From the NCBI RefSeq assembly GCF_006345805.1, contig NC_043010.1, forward strand, positions 11,160,001 through 11,224,000: a DNA stretch of 64,000 nucleotides, written 5' to 3'. The DNA is from Octopus sinensis. Its lineage: Eukaryota. The position numbers were made by a program, and so were the translations under genes. Positions 25,110 through 39,762 of this stretch are shown one piece after another. The notes beneath the pieces were generated by a model, which was not told the DNA's origin, did not search any database, and saw only the letters and a program-made list of their open reading frames with translations. Numbering within the stretch: the stretch's first letter is position 1; each line of letters begins with the position of its first letter.

Positions 25110-25306
25110 CCCTTTTGTTGCCAAATTTCAATTTAAAAGCATTGCCTTTGTTTTAATAAATTTTGAAAATAATGTCATTATTAAGCTGATGTTTGGAACA
25201 TAAAGTATGAGGTTTTGATGGAAGCTTTTAATTTAAATCACTTCAAAACAAGAAGTTTGTATGAAAGGACCAAAGGCATTCTTGAGTGGTTTGGTATCAA
25301 AAAGGG
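25110..25306. mobile_element. Diverged piggyBac-like MITE
   Basis: TTAA|CCCTTTT...AAAAGGG|TTAG; similar relic at about 24297-24548. Confidence 0.6.
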
Positions 25307-25701
25307 TTAGGCAAGAGCTAATGCACTGATATCACTGGAAAATATATTGCTGCTCTTGTTGGTTAACCCTTCATTAACTTTGAGCAGAACTATGATCAAA
25401 AGCATTCAATCTGTGGCCATTTGGTCTGTTTAAGAGTATGTAAGATGACATAATCTAATGTGTTCTTCCCTTATTTTGAAGATGTAACGTAGGTGCTGAT
25501 GTCAAATTCAAAGACAGCTATAATAAGGTAAAACAAATCATGATTTTTATCAAGCGTTCTTTTTCTTTCCTTCACCCGAGGAGTTTAATTACTATAAAAT
25601 AAATGAACTGAAATAACAAAAACTGTTCACAAATTATTAGTACTTGCAAGAATCAGCATCATCACCACCATCATTATCATCAACCAAAATCGTAATCTGT
25701 C

Positions 25702-26020
25702 AACATCAGTGGAATTTGTAGCTGTGATACCAGTGCTGGTGGCACGTAAGAGAACCATCCAAATGTGGCCGTTTTCCAGCTTCGTCTGGTCCCCGTGCCG
25801 GTGGCACGTAAAAAGCACCATCCGATCGTGGCTGTTTGCCAGCCTCGTCTGGCACCTGTGCATGTGGCACATGAAAAGCACCCACTACACTCACGGAGTG
25901 GTTGGCGTTAGGAAGGGCATCCAGCTGTAGAAACACTGCCAGTCAGACTGGGCCTGGTGCAGCCTTCTGGCTTCCCAGACCCCAGTTGAACCGTCCAACC
26001 CATGCCAGCATAGAAAGCGG
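25702..26020 (+). mobile_element. RTE 3'-tail copy fused to SINE A
   Basis: ggagtggttggcgttaggaagggcatccagctgtag...gcatagaaagcgg. Confidence 0.8.
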
Positions 26021-26174
26021 CCATGCTGGAGCACCGCCTTTAGTCGAGCAAATCAACCTCAGGACTTATTCTTTGTAAGCCTGGTACTTATTCTTGTCAA
26101 GCGATGTCGGGGGGTGGGGGGACAAACGCAAACACACAAACAGTACTCACACACATACATATATATATATATAC

Positions 26175-26265
<91 letters not shown>

Positions 26266-26427
26266 CGATGGGCTTCTTTCAGTTTCCATCTACAAATCCA
26301 CTCACAAGGCTTTGGTCGGCCCGAGACTATAGTAAAAGACACTTGCCCAAGGCGCCACGCAGTGGGACTGAACCCGGAATCATGTGGTTGGTAAGCAAGC
26401 TACTTACCACACAGCTGCTCTTGCGCC
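26017..26427 (-). mobile_element. SINE family A (tail-deleted)
   Basis: Family A body and head. Confidence 0.85.
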
Positions 26428-27179
26428 TAATCAATATGTATAAAGAATTGTTGAAAAGTCAATACAATGTAAATTTAATATAAAGCAGGAGTTTGCCCTT
26501 ATATTTCAATATTTTGAGATTAAGACCCTCCTGTCAGAAGAAACTGAAGGGAATAGTTTTGAGAATAGTATAAGGAAAAAGTGCATATATAAATATGTAT
26601 ATATACATGTATGTGTGTATATATAGAGACAGAGAGCGGGAGAAAGGGAGATGGGTGTTTCTGACAAAGATGTCAAATGTTTTTAACAAGATAATTACTC
26701 TTGTTTTTGTTTTGAAAAGTTATGGTTAGAATGTGCTTATGTCTTTTGTAAATCCTTTGAGAAATTTCCTCTAATACCCTGCTCCATTGGTTCACACTTA
26801 ACACAAACATCATATATAAACCTTCTGTAAACAGAACTATTCTTCCAATTTGCTCCTTTCTTATATAAACTATTGGAATTGAGGCAGTGCCAAATGTCGG
26901 TGGCGGGGGTGGGGGTGCAAACGTAGTGAAACCCTTTCCATACTGGCAAGGGATCAATCTTAAAAACAATAATGACAATGAATGTGATGGAGGTGGTTGT
27001 GGGTGGCGGTGGCGGTGGCGGTGACGGTGGGGGTGGGGGAAAACCAGTTGAAGTTCAGTAATGTCAATAACACAAAAAAAAAAAAAAGGGGGTGAGTGAA
27101 AAGGGAGAAGAATTTGATAAGAATGAGTGAGAAATGGTAATGAAATGGTTTGTTATCTTGTTTGCTGTTTGCCATTCTG

Positions 27180-27382
27180 ATGGTTCTGTAAAACAAAACA
27201 CACACACACATACACTTACACACACACACACATACAAACACACACACACAAACATAAACACACATACACACACACACATACAAACACACACATACATGAT
27301 GCACAGATGTAAATATTTGGATCTCTGTTAAAGGAAAACGGGTAAATGTTATTCTATGGTTGTTTTCTCCATCTCTCTTTTG

Positions 27383-27414
<32 letters not shown>

Positions 27415-27429
27415 CTCTCTCTCTCTCTG

Positions 27430-27481
<52 letters not shown>

Positions 27482-28570
27482 ACTTCCTTATGAGTAAATG
27501 CACATGTGCATATGTGTGATCAAGCACAACTGTGGGGTATGTATACACATATACTTATATATATATATATACATACATTTATACATACATACACACATAC
27601 ACATACATAGATAATACATACACACACATACATACATAGAAACATACCTACCTATCTACATACACACAAACACACATACACACATACATGCATACATACA
27701 AACATACATAAATACATACATACATGCATACATACATACATACATAAATACATACATACATACATACATACATACCTACCTATCTACATACATACAAACA
27801 TATATACATACACAAATACATACATACATACATACATACATACATACAAACATACATACATACGTACACACATACATACATACATACATACAAACATACA
27901 CACATACATACATACATACCTGCATACATACATACATACATACACACATGTATACATACATACATACATACATACAAACATACATACCTACAGACATACA
28001 TACATACAGACATACATACATACATACATTATATACATACATGCATACAAACATACATACATACATACATACACATACATAGATAATACATACACACACA
28101 TACATACATACAAATATACCTACCTATCTACATACATACAAACATACATACATACATACATAATACATACACACATACATACATACATACATACATACAA
28201 ACACACATACATACATAGATACAAACATACATACAAACATACATACTTACATACCTACATACATACATATACATAGATACATACATATACACACATACAT
28301 ACAAACATACCTACCTATCTACATACATACAAACATACATACAAACATACATACAAACACACATACATACATAGATACAAACATACATACAAACATACAT
28401 ACTTACATACATACCTACATACATACATATACATAGATACATACATACACACACATACATACAAACATACCTACCTATCTACATACATACAAACATACAT
28501 ACATACATACATACATACATACATACATACATACATACATACATACATACATACATACATACATACATAC
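27180..28570. repeat. (CA)n/(CT)n then about 1-kb (CATA)n satellite with higher-order structure
   Basis: Direct reading. Confidence 0.95.
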
Positions 28571-29420
28571 ATGTATATTTCTGTTTTGAACATTATGGTC
28601 GGAATGTGCTATCTTTTGAAAATCCTTTCACAAATCTTCACAAATATCCTGCTCCATTGGTTCAAATTTGTCATGAACATTTTATACAAACTTTCTGTAA
28701 ACAGAACATATGTATATCTATATCTTTTTCTCTTTCTCACTCACGAATTTTTTTTTTTGTTATCTATGTTTTTTTTTGTTGTTATACTTATGTTATTTGA
28801 CATAGTAAATACTGAACAAATATTCATACTCTTTTATTATATCCAAAACAATTCTCTATGTTGCTAAGGTAATGAATTCTAGTTTACAAGTTGAAAACAT
28901 AGTCGAACTGTTACTTTACCGTTAGGTGACAGCTGAAATAATTGATTAACAGCTTAATAATTGAGTCTACATACTTCCAAAATTGGATTTCTGTTTTATT
29001 TCACAATACAAATGAGATAAAACGTTTGAATGTGTATTTGAGAAAGATTGGGTTGTATTTCTAGCAGCTTATACAACCACATAGAACTTCTGACATAATA
29101 ATAAAAATGAGTTTGTTTTATACACTTTTCATTTGCACTAAAACTCAAGGGAAATGAGTAAAACAGAAAGCTGCAATAATTCAAATAAGTTAAGACAGTA
29201 ATGGAAGCCATAATTTCAGGCACAGCTGATAGTAATAAAACATATAAAGACAGAAAAGTGAACAGTAAAAGAACCATAATGAGGAAAAGGTACAGGGGTG
29301 TGTCAGGAGTGATATTGGTGAATTTCAGAAGGCAGGAAATTTTTGAAGGTTGCAGTATCCTCACTGCTAATGGTTGAGATGGGTAATTTATTCTATGCTT
29401 TGACTATACTGAAGATAGAA

Positions 29421-29651
29421 GGCGGCGAGCTGGCAGAAACGTTAGCATGCTGGGCAAAATGCGTAACCGTATTTCGTCTACCGTTACGTTGTGAGTTTGA
29501 GTTCCGCCGAGGTCGACTTTACCTTTCATCCTTTCGGGGTCGATAAATTAAGTACCAGTTACGCACTGGGGTCGATGTAATCGACTTAATCCCTTTGTCT
29601 GTCCTTGTTTCTTCTCTCTATGTTTAGCCCCTTGTGGGTAATAAAGAAATA
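29421..29651 (+). mobile_element. SINE family B with 16-bp TSD
   Basis: TATACTGAAGATAGAA at 29405-29420 and 29652-29667. Confidence 0.92.
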
Positions 29652-29983
29652 TATACTGAAGATAGAAATTATTTCCAAAAGCTATGGTTCCTTTGCTGAG
29701 TTTTGATTTTTACCAGTACCATATAAAAAGCACATTGGCTGGCACCGCATAAAAGTGATCACGCTGGTGTCATGTAAAAGCACATGTACATGTGCTACAT
29801 AAAAGTTAAAAAAAAACATTCGTGCTGGTGCCGCCAAAAAAGCTGCCTGTGTTGGCACCATGCGAAAAGCACCCAGTACACTCTGTCATGCCAAAATAGA
29901 CAACTGGTGTCTGGCGGAGCCCTCCAGCTTGCCAGCTCCTGTCAAACTGTCCAACTCATGCCAGCATGGAGAATGGATGTTAA

Positions 29984-29984
<1 letters not shown>

Positions 29985-30035
<51 letters not shown>

Positions 30036-30042
30036 CAACGAC

Positions 30043-30073
<31 letters not shown>

Positions 30074-30275
30074 GTGGTGGTAGTGGTGGTGGTGGTGGTG
30101 GTGGTGGTAATGATGATGGTGATGATGATGTTGGTGGTGGTGGTGGTGATGATGATGATGATGGTAGTGGTGGTGGTGGCAGCAGCAGCGGTGGTGGTGG
30201 CAGTGGCAGCGGTGGTGGTAGTAGTAGTGGTAGTGGTGGTGGTGGTGGTGGTGGTGGTGGTGGTGGTGGTAGTGT
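29985..30275. repeat. (GAT)n/(GGT)n expanded tail of an old RTE-tail copy (29730-29985)
   Basis: Preceded by catgccagcatggagaatggatgttaaa. Confidence 0.85.
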
Positions 30276-30716
30276 CCACAGGTGGAAGAGGAACCGAATC
30301 CAAAATGGTGGCCAAAGTTGTAGGAAATTCGGTGGATGATCTCATGGACTTCTGCTGAGTCAGCCACCGGACATTGAAGCATAAGTGTTACACTGCTCAG
30401 AGAAGCAAAACATTCAAGATTTAGCAAGTCACTGACACAAAGGAATATTTTTGTAAAGAAAGCAGTATTTTTTTGCCAAAAAATATTCCTCTTTTTATTG
30501 CATTATATTTTTTTTATATTTGCTTTTATAAGATGAAACGGTAATGCTCAAACGCTTCATTACTTTTCTTTGTACCTTTCATTCACTTTAGACATTGCTG
30601 TGGTCACTTCACAACAGTGTAGTCTCAGGTTCAATACTCTTGTATTGCATCTTGAGCAAATGTTTTCTATCATAGTCTAAGGTTAAACAAGTCCTGAAAT
30701 TAAAATTTAGTTGACA

Positions 30717-31100
30717 GGATTGGCTGTGTAGTAAGTAGCTTGCTTACGAACCACATGGTTCCGGGTTCATTCCCATTGTGTGGCATCTTGGGCAAGTGTC
30801 TTCTGCTATAGCCTCAGGCCAACTAAAGATTGTGAGTGGATTTGGTAGACGGAAACTGAAAGAAGCCCGTCGTATATATATATATGTATGTGTGTGTATA
30901 TGTTTGTGTGTCTATGTTCCACCCCCCAACATCACTTGACAACCGATGTTGGTGTGTTTACATCCCCATAACTTAGCAATTCGGCAAAAAGAGACCAATA
31001 GAATAAATACTAGGCTTACAAAGAATAAGTCCCGAGTTTGATTTGCTCGACTAAAGGCGGTGCTCCAGCATGGCTGCAGTCAAATGACTGAAACAAGTAA
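30717..31100 (+). mobile_element. SINE family A
   Basis: Family A match. Confidence 0.88.
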
Positions 31101-31263
31101 AAGAGTAAAACAGTAAAGAAATTATGTCAAAACCCATTCTCCTTAATCTCTCTCCTAGTTTAATATAATCATTTAATAAGTCATGTCCAGAGTGGAGTTT
31201 ACTTTATTGTAAGCATTTGGACCAAATCTCTGATCTCAGTAAAATTTCATGCCTTCCACTCAC

Positions 31264-31341
31264 CAGTCTTGGAGGCCCTGAAAAGCATCATGAGTACTAA
31301 ACATCGTTCTCTGACTAAACCACAAAACAAGGAACCCTCAC
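31264..31341 (-). CDS. Candidate internal exon (phase 1 to 1): (G)EGSLFCGLVRERCLVLMMLFRASKT
   Basis: Strong acceptor gttttctgttttcttttcttttctttttggtag, donor CTG|gtgagt, 78 nt, single open frame. Confidence 0.45.
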
Positions 31342-31694
31342 CTACCAAAAAGAAAAGAAAAGAAAACAGAAAACCTACCACAGCATCAGCAGCAACCAAA
31401 GATTAATCTGTCAAATCTATCAGATTTCTTTATTTGGCAAAGTTCAATAATGTTTTTAACTCAAAGTTAATTAGGGAAATATTCTTATACACTGGGGCTT
31501 CTGTATAGTTGTATGACCTGGTAGAAATTTCAACAAAATCTCTTACCACCTTGATAAAAAAAAAAAGCAAAAAAAAAAAATCAACTAAATAGTTCATGTT
31601 AACAAAAAGGATGAGAGGAAGTCACAACTGGACTGCCTTTGAAAATAGGTCTGGTTCATAAGTAGATGGGGGCCAGGGGCTAAATAGTAGGAAC

Positions 31695-31729
<35 letters not shown>

Positions 31730-32625
31730 GTCTTCATCATCAACAACAACATACTTCTAATGTCCATTTTTCGATGCTTCAACAGATCAAATCAGATTTA
31801 TTTCTCTATGGTACAATGCAATCCCTGCACCCAATCCTGACTTGTTTCCAAACAAGCTAATATTTTCCCACGACCAGATATGTTTCCTTGGAAGATTGGG
31901 AATGAATAACACAACTCATATGGCAGCGATGTCAAGATGAAAATACACATACAAAAACATGCACACAAACACACACACAAACACACATACATATATATAT
32001 GACCAGAATACTTAGCTTATGGAATCCTTACTCAATATCATGATCCACATGCTTGGCTATTCTAGAAACAGCTGTAAGAGACCCTGTCTATGTTCTCTAT
32101 CTAAATTACATGTTTCTTTGAATGATGCTAATATTTTACTTTTTCATTTTTTACTTTGATATATATATATATATATATATAATATATATATATATATATA
32201 ATATATATATATATATGTATATATACTAAAGAAGGTTTGAAAATGCAATTTAAAAGATGTTTATTTACGTCACCGGTTTCACTCTTTGGAAAAAGATTGT
32301 CAAAAGTAACATGTAGAAGTGTGGTTGCGTTAATTATTGGTTGTTACAAATTGCTACATTACATATATACAGTCTTTGGTAACAGGGACATGTTAAGGAC
32401 ATATAAAAGTTCAACAAGTTCCTTAAAATATTGGGCACAAAAGATTACTACATAAATAATCATTCTCAAGGACATGCTTAAGATAGTTTCCAGAAGGAAT
32501 TGATATTGGTATTGGTATTGTATCTGTATATTCAAACATTTTCAAACCTTTCGTATATAATTCCACTCGTGCGGTACCCTACAACTCCACTTTGTTATAT
32601 ATGTATATATATACATACTATATAT

Positions 32626-33033
32626 ACTCTTTACTCTTACTTGTTTCAGTCATTTGACTGTGGCCATGCTGGAGCACCGCCTTTAGTTGACCAGGTTGAT
32701 CCCAGAACTTATTCTTTGTAAGCCTAGTACTTATTTTATTGGTCTCTTTTGCTGAGCCGCTAAGTTGCAGAGATGTAAATGCACCAGCATCAGTTGTCAA
32801 GCGATGCTGAGGGAGACAAACACGGACACACAAACACACACACACATATTTATACATGTACATATACATATATACAACGGGCTTCTTTCAGTCTCCGTCT
32901 ACCAAATCCACTCACAAGGTTTTGGTCAGCCCGAGGCTATAGCAGAAGACACTTGCATAAGGTGCCACGCAGTGGGATGGAACCTGGAACCATGTGGTTG
33001 ATAAGCAAGCTACTTGCCACACAGCCACTCCTG
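32626..33033 (-). mobile_element. SINE family A
   Basis: Family A match. Confidence 0.88.
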
Positions 33034-33120
33034 TATGTATGTGTGTATGCATGTATGTGTGTGTATATATGTATGCATGTGTGTATGCATGTATGCATGC
33101 ATGCATGTATGTATTTATGA

Positions 33121-33410
33121 GACATGAGTGACAACCTGGGCACTGGTGGTGGTGTAACACACCATACTAATCATACCTGTCGGGCATGTGGAAGAGAGTG
33201 TAATTCGGCAGGAGGACTGAAATGACATGCAAAGGTACATGAAGCCCAGTTACAACAACAGCCGGCTATTACCAGTAAAGGTTTTAGTTGCCAATTTTGC
33301 ACAAGACATTGTAGATCTTTGGCTGTGCTAAAAAGTCACATTCGATCACAGCACCAGTAACAGTTGAGCTTCGTGCAATGGCCATACTCGATAACGAGGG
33401 GGCAGCCATA
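33121..33410 (+). mobile_element. RTE/BovB-type LINE 3' end with two C-terminal C2H2-like fingers
   Basis: NHTCRACGRECNSAGGLK*HAKVH...FSCQFCTRHCRSLAVLKSHIRSQHQ* (TAA at 33358-33360), one in-frame stop, short 3' UTR and (ATGT)n. Confidence 0.7.
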
Positions 33411-34309
33411 AATGTATGTATGTATGTATGTATGTATGTATGTATATGACATGTTTCTTTAGGTTTCTGTCTATGAAATCCACTCAATGCTTTGGTTGCT
33501 TTGTGGTTTGTGTAGAAGACATGTGCTGAAAATGCCAAGCTGTGGGAGAGAACCTAAAACCTTGTAGTTGGGAAGCTGATTTCTTCACTACAAACCCATT
33601 TCTATTGCCTTATACGTAAATATTTTTTAAGTATTATTAACATTAATAGTATTAACATATTTAGTATTTTTTTTCTGTCATTTATTTTTATGTGCCAAAA
33701 CGAAGGCTAATAAGGTATAGACCTACGGAGTTTATTGTGTCTCAATAAGAAAACTATGGCAGCACATGTAAGCTTTCACAGTTAATTAATGAGGCACTGG
33801 TCAAAATGTAACCTTCTAGGCATCTAGAAAGAAGTAGCAAGTTTACACTCTGCACAGAGAAACAACTGCTCACAAACGAAAACTTTCCCAAGCTAAACAT
33901 TTCTTTTTACAGATCAATTTTTAACCTTTAGCAAATTGGAAGTGTACTCACTGCATAGTTTCAATTGCTAAAATAATCATTCTTATCAAACTTATTTGTT
34001 TCTCATCCATCATCTTCCTTCCTTACCACCAAGTTAGCTGTAATCTCATCATTGGTTTTTTTCTCTTGTACTTGTTAACACAAAGTGTTATCATCTCTCA
34101 TTTTATTTATTTATTTTTATTCTATTTATCTTTCAATTTCACCATTATTTTTAAAATTTTTTTTTATTTAACAGTTTTATAATACCAACCAATACACTAA
34201 ATTGGACTAGCCTGAAGCAATAAAATGTAACATTTTCCATGCTGTATGAAAACCAGTTGAGTCTGAAATTCTACAATTAATAAAAACCCAAACTTCTGAA
34301 ACAAGATAA

Positions 34310-34985
<676 letters not shown>

Positions 34986-35577
34986 TTATTTTTTATTTTT
35001 ATTTCTATGAGAGTCATTTCATCCTAATTTCTCTGACCATTCGTCTGTAAAATGAAAATAAAATGTTTATTCTCATCCAAAATATGTAGTTTATTACCTG
35101 ATTGAAAATTGGTATCAGCAGACATAACTAAATATATATATACATATATATATTTCACAAATGTGTTTCTCACAAATTCATATTTTGTATCGATAAAATC
35201 ATTTGCCAATATGATCTTGTGAAAGCATTTATTGATATTTTATTAATGATGGAAATGTTATATTTATCATTTAGTTATATCACGGCTATTGCAGTAGATA
35301 AACAAATCATTTCTTTTGTTCCATTTTAAGTCTATTTTCCACGCGAAGATAAACAGGTCTATAAGGTCAGACATTTGAAAGTGTTGTAGGCTGGAAAATA
35401 TTGTTGTTGTTTTTGTTTCTATATATATATTTTTTTTTTTCCCCAGGTAATTTTCTTTGCTAACATTGACTATTCTATCATATGATAAGGATTGTATTTA
35501 TGGCATAGCTACAACTAAAGCACATATTCACTGCTGTCTTGCACAAAGATTTGATACAAAATGCATCGTAGTAATAC

Positions 35578-36312
35578 TATTTCTTTACTACCCACAAGGG
35601 GCTAAAACACAGAAGGGACAAACAAGGACGGACAGATGGATTAAGTTGATTACATCGACCCCAGTGTGCAACTGGTACTTATTTAATCGACCCCGAAAGG
35701 ATGAAAGGCAAAGTCGACCTCGGTGGAATTTGAACTCAGAACGTAGTGGAGGACAAACAAGGACAGACAAATGGATTAAGTCGATTATATCGACCCCAGT
35801 GTGTAACTGGTACTTATTTGATTGACCCCGAAAGGATGAAAGGCAAAGTTAACCTCGGTGGAATTTGAACTGAGAACGTAGTGGCAGACAAAATACCTAT
35901 TTCTTTACTACCCACAAGGGGCTAAAACACAGAGGGGACAAACAAGGACAGACAAACGGAATAAGTTGATTACATCGACACCAGTGCGTAACTGGTACTT
36001 ATTTAATCGACCCCGAAAGGATGAAAGGCAAAGTCGACCTCGGTGGAATTTGAACTCAGAATGTAGCGGCAGATGAAATACCTATTTCTTTACTACCCAC
36101 AAGGGGCTAAACACAGAGAGGACAAACAAGGACAGACAAATGGATTAAGTCGATTATATCGACCCAGTGCGTAACTGGTACTTAATTTATCGACCCCGAA
36201 AGGATGAAAGGCAAAGTCGACCTCGGTGGAATTTGAACTCAGAACGTAGTGGCAGACGAAATACCTCTAAGCATTTCGCCCGACGTGCTAACGTTTCTGC
36301 CAGCTCGCCGCC
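35578..36312 (-). mobile_element. SINE family B concatemer (4 units, one head)
   Basis: Head-less units joined at gaaatacc|tatttcttt; the tRNA head is present only at 36260-36312. Confidence 0.88.
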
Positions 36313-36669
36313 TTATGGTTTAAAACTATGAATTATGGGTTAAAAGTACACATTAATTATTTAACCCAAGAAATAGAATCTAGCATCTAGATAAATACCT
36401 GTGGAACACGAGATTCAATCTTTTATAAACAGTGAAATCACTTAGAAATCAGAATCAACATGAGATGGATTTCACTGAATCGTTAAATTTGATTAAGATA
36501 AAATTACATTCAGAATCAAGAAGTGGTAAATGTTAATGAGGGAAGTAAATATTAGAGATCTATTGTATTTTTTTTTTTTTATAGTTCTTGTTTTTGCTTA
36601 CAAATTCAAACATTTTGTATTTCAAATCCAGTAGGCACAGTTTATGCTTTTTTGCTTTATTTAGTGCAA

Positions 36670-37050
36670 TTGTCATCATCATCCTCATCATCAGTATCAC
36701 CGTCATCATCACTCCACCACGATCACCACGATCACCACGATCACCATCATCATCATCATCATCGTCGTCGTTGTCATTGTCATCATCGTCATCATCATCG
36801 TTGTCACCACCGATACCACCACCTCCTCCACCACCATTACGATCATCATCATCATCGTCGTCGTTGTCATTGTCATCATCGTCATCATCATCGTTGTCAC
36901 CACCGATACCACCACCTCCTCCACCACCATTACCATCATCATCATCATCGTCGTCGTCGTCATTGTCATCATCGTCATCATCATTGTTGTCACCACCCAT
37001 ACCACCACCTCCTCCGCCACCATTAACATCACCATCATCATCATCATTTG
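36670..37050. repeat. (CAT/CAC/CGT) microsatellite with 93-bp higher-order unit x3
   Basis: tcgtcg..ttgtcattg-type motif recurs at 36762, 36855 and 36948. Confidence 0.9.
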
Positions 37051-37364
37051 TTCAACCCATGCCAGTATGGAATGTGAATGTTATATATTGAAGATAATGA
37101 GGATGATAATGATGATGACAATTTTCTGCTATCCATACTGTCATTGATTGGATGGCTCAATAGAATCTGATGAGCCAGAGGAGCATGTTGTGCTTCAATC
37201 TCTGAGTTTAGGCATAGTTTTCATGGCCAGATATCCCTTTCTTACACCAACCGCCTTACGGAATATAACTGTACCAAATGCTTAGTTTTCCAGAACTAGG
37301 GAAGTCACCTTGCAGCGTGCAAGATATAAAGAGCACAAAAAAGTCCTCCAAGACTGAATGAAAA

Positions 37365-37800
<436 letters not shown>

Positions 37801-38396
37801 TGATTTTATGTGTGGTGATAAGTGATAGTAAAGTAGGATCAGAGTATCTGATTTATTGTTGTGAGAGGGTAGTGATGGAAAGAGTAACAAAGTAGACACT
37901 GTTAGAGGAGTGGGGGGGATGTTTATGAGCAAATAGGAGAGGGATTAGTGTCAGGTGTTAATGAGGAGAGAATGACAGAGTAGTAAGTGAAACGGGTTTT
38001 GTAGTGGGAACCTGTGTTATCCTACCTTTTAAAAGGGTACATAGGTGGGAGGAACATGAAAGATGAAGAGATTAATGTGGTGAGGATTCAAGAAAGTCAT
38101 TGAAGGTAAGAAAGTGTGGGGGTAGGGTGGGCAGGGGGTAAAGAGGGAGAGATGAGGGGATGTGAAGCTGTGGGTAGAGGACAGTGAGCCGAAAGATAGA
38201 TTAAGGGTGGACGGATGAATACAGTGAGAGAAAGAGAGGACTAATGGATACCATAGAGGTGATGGTGAAGTCTTTGAAGAGAGAACAGGAAGGAAGCAGG
38301 GGGTGGATGCAGAAAGAGCGTCTCAATCATCAACGTTACCTTTATTAAGATTCTTGCTACCATGCTTACCTGAGTGCATAGGTTTTCTCCAGTACA

Positions 38397-38800
38397 GGCG
38401 CAGGAGTGGCTGTGTGGTAAGTAGCTTGCTTACCAACCACATGGTTCCGGGTTCAGTCCCACTGCATGGCACCTTGGGCAAGTGTCTTCTACTATAGCTT
38501 CGGGCCGACCAAAGCCTAGTGAGTGGATTTGGTAGACAGAAACTGAAAGAAGCCCGTCGTATACATGTGTATATATATATATATATATATATGAGTGTGT
38601 GTGTGTGTTTGCCCCACCCAACATCGCTTGACAACCGATGCTGGTGTGTTTACGTCCCTGTAACTTAGCGGTTCAGCAAAAGAGAATGATAGAATAAGTA
38701 GTAGGCTTGCAAAGAATAAGTTCTGGGGTCGATTTGTTCGACTAAAGACAGTGCTCCAGCATGGCCGCAGTCAAATGACTGAAACAAGTAAGTTAAAAAA
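38397..38800 (+). mobile_element. SINE family A
   Basis: Family A match. Confidence 0.88.
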
Positions 38801-39380
38801 AAAAAAGAGAGTACACCAACAAAATAGCTAAGAAAATACTAACAATTATGTGGTGAGAAAAAAGTAGTAGCTCAATAACTTTTTTATTTAATCTGATCTT
38901 AGTAAGTATGGGACACAACTCTGAGCATGTTTCAGTCTCATTAGAACTTCTCAACAAAGTGTAGCCTCATCATTAATTAGCAAACTAGGAATAAAAAAAT
39001 TACTATATTAAGGTTCAATAAGCTACAAGAATAGGCACCAAATATTATGATAATGACTGTCCAACTGTTGTTGATAATTGTGTCTGTTATTAGAAACTGT
39101 CTACAACTCTAATTAATATACTTTCCTTTCATCTAAAACGAATAGTCATTTGTTATTATCTTTATGCTATATAATGTTAGCCATTCCAGAGATTAGATCT
39201 TTTGCATCAAAATACATGAGAAATATGCTACACTTTGAAGTAGTTGAGTTTATGTAGCAGATGTTTGTTCCTCTCTCTACACTTTTCTGGATTTTTCCTT
39301 AAATTTCTACATTTTTCCTTAAATTGCCACATGGAGCTGGATTCATACAATGTGGTACCTTGCCATTGGCATTATATGGA

Positions 39381-39762
39381 TGGAAGCACTCTGTCGGTTA
39401 CGACGACGAGGGTTCCGGTTGATCCGATCAACGGAACAGCCTGTTCATGAAATTAACGTGTAAGTGGCTGAGCACTCCACAGACACGTGTACCCTTAACG
39501 TAGTTCTCGGGGATATTCAGCGTGACACAGAGAGTGACAAGGCCGGCCCCTTGAAATACAGGTACAACAGAAACAGGAAGTAAGAGTGAGAGAAAGTTGT
39601 GGTGAAAGAGTACAGCAGGGATCACCACCATCCCTGCCGGAGCCTCGTGGAGCTTTAGGTGTTTTCACTCAATAAACACTCACAACGCCCGGTCTGGGAA
39701 TCGAAACCGCGATCCTACGACCGCGAGTCCGCTGCCCTAACCACTGGGCCATTGCGCCTCCA
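39381..39762 (-). mobile_element. SINE family C with TSD
   Basis: tggcattatat on both flanks. Confidence 0.92.

Noticed and set aside
38900-38990. Minus-strand CTAATGA..GAAAC motif
   Set aside because: Core is mutated and no stems form.
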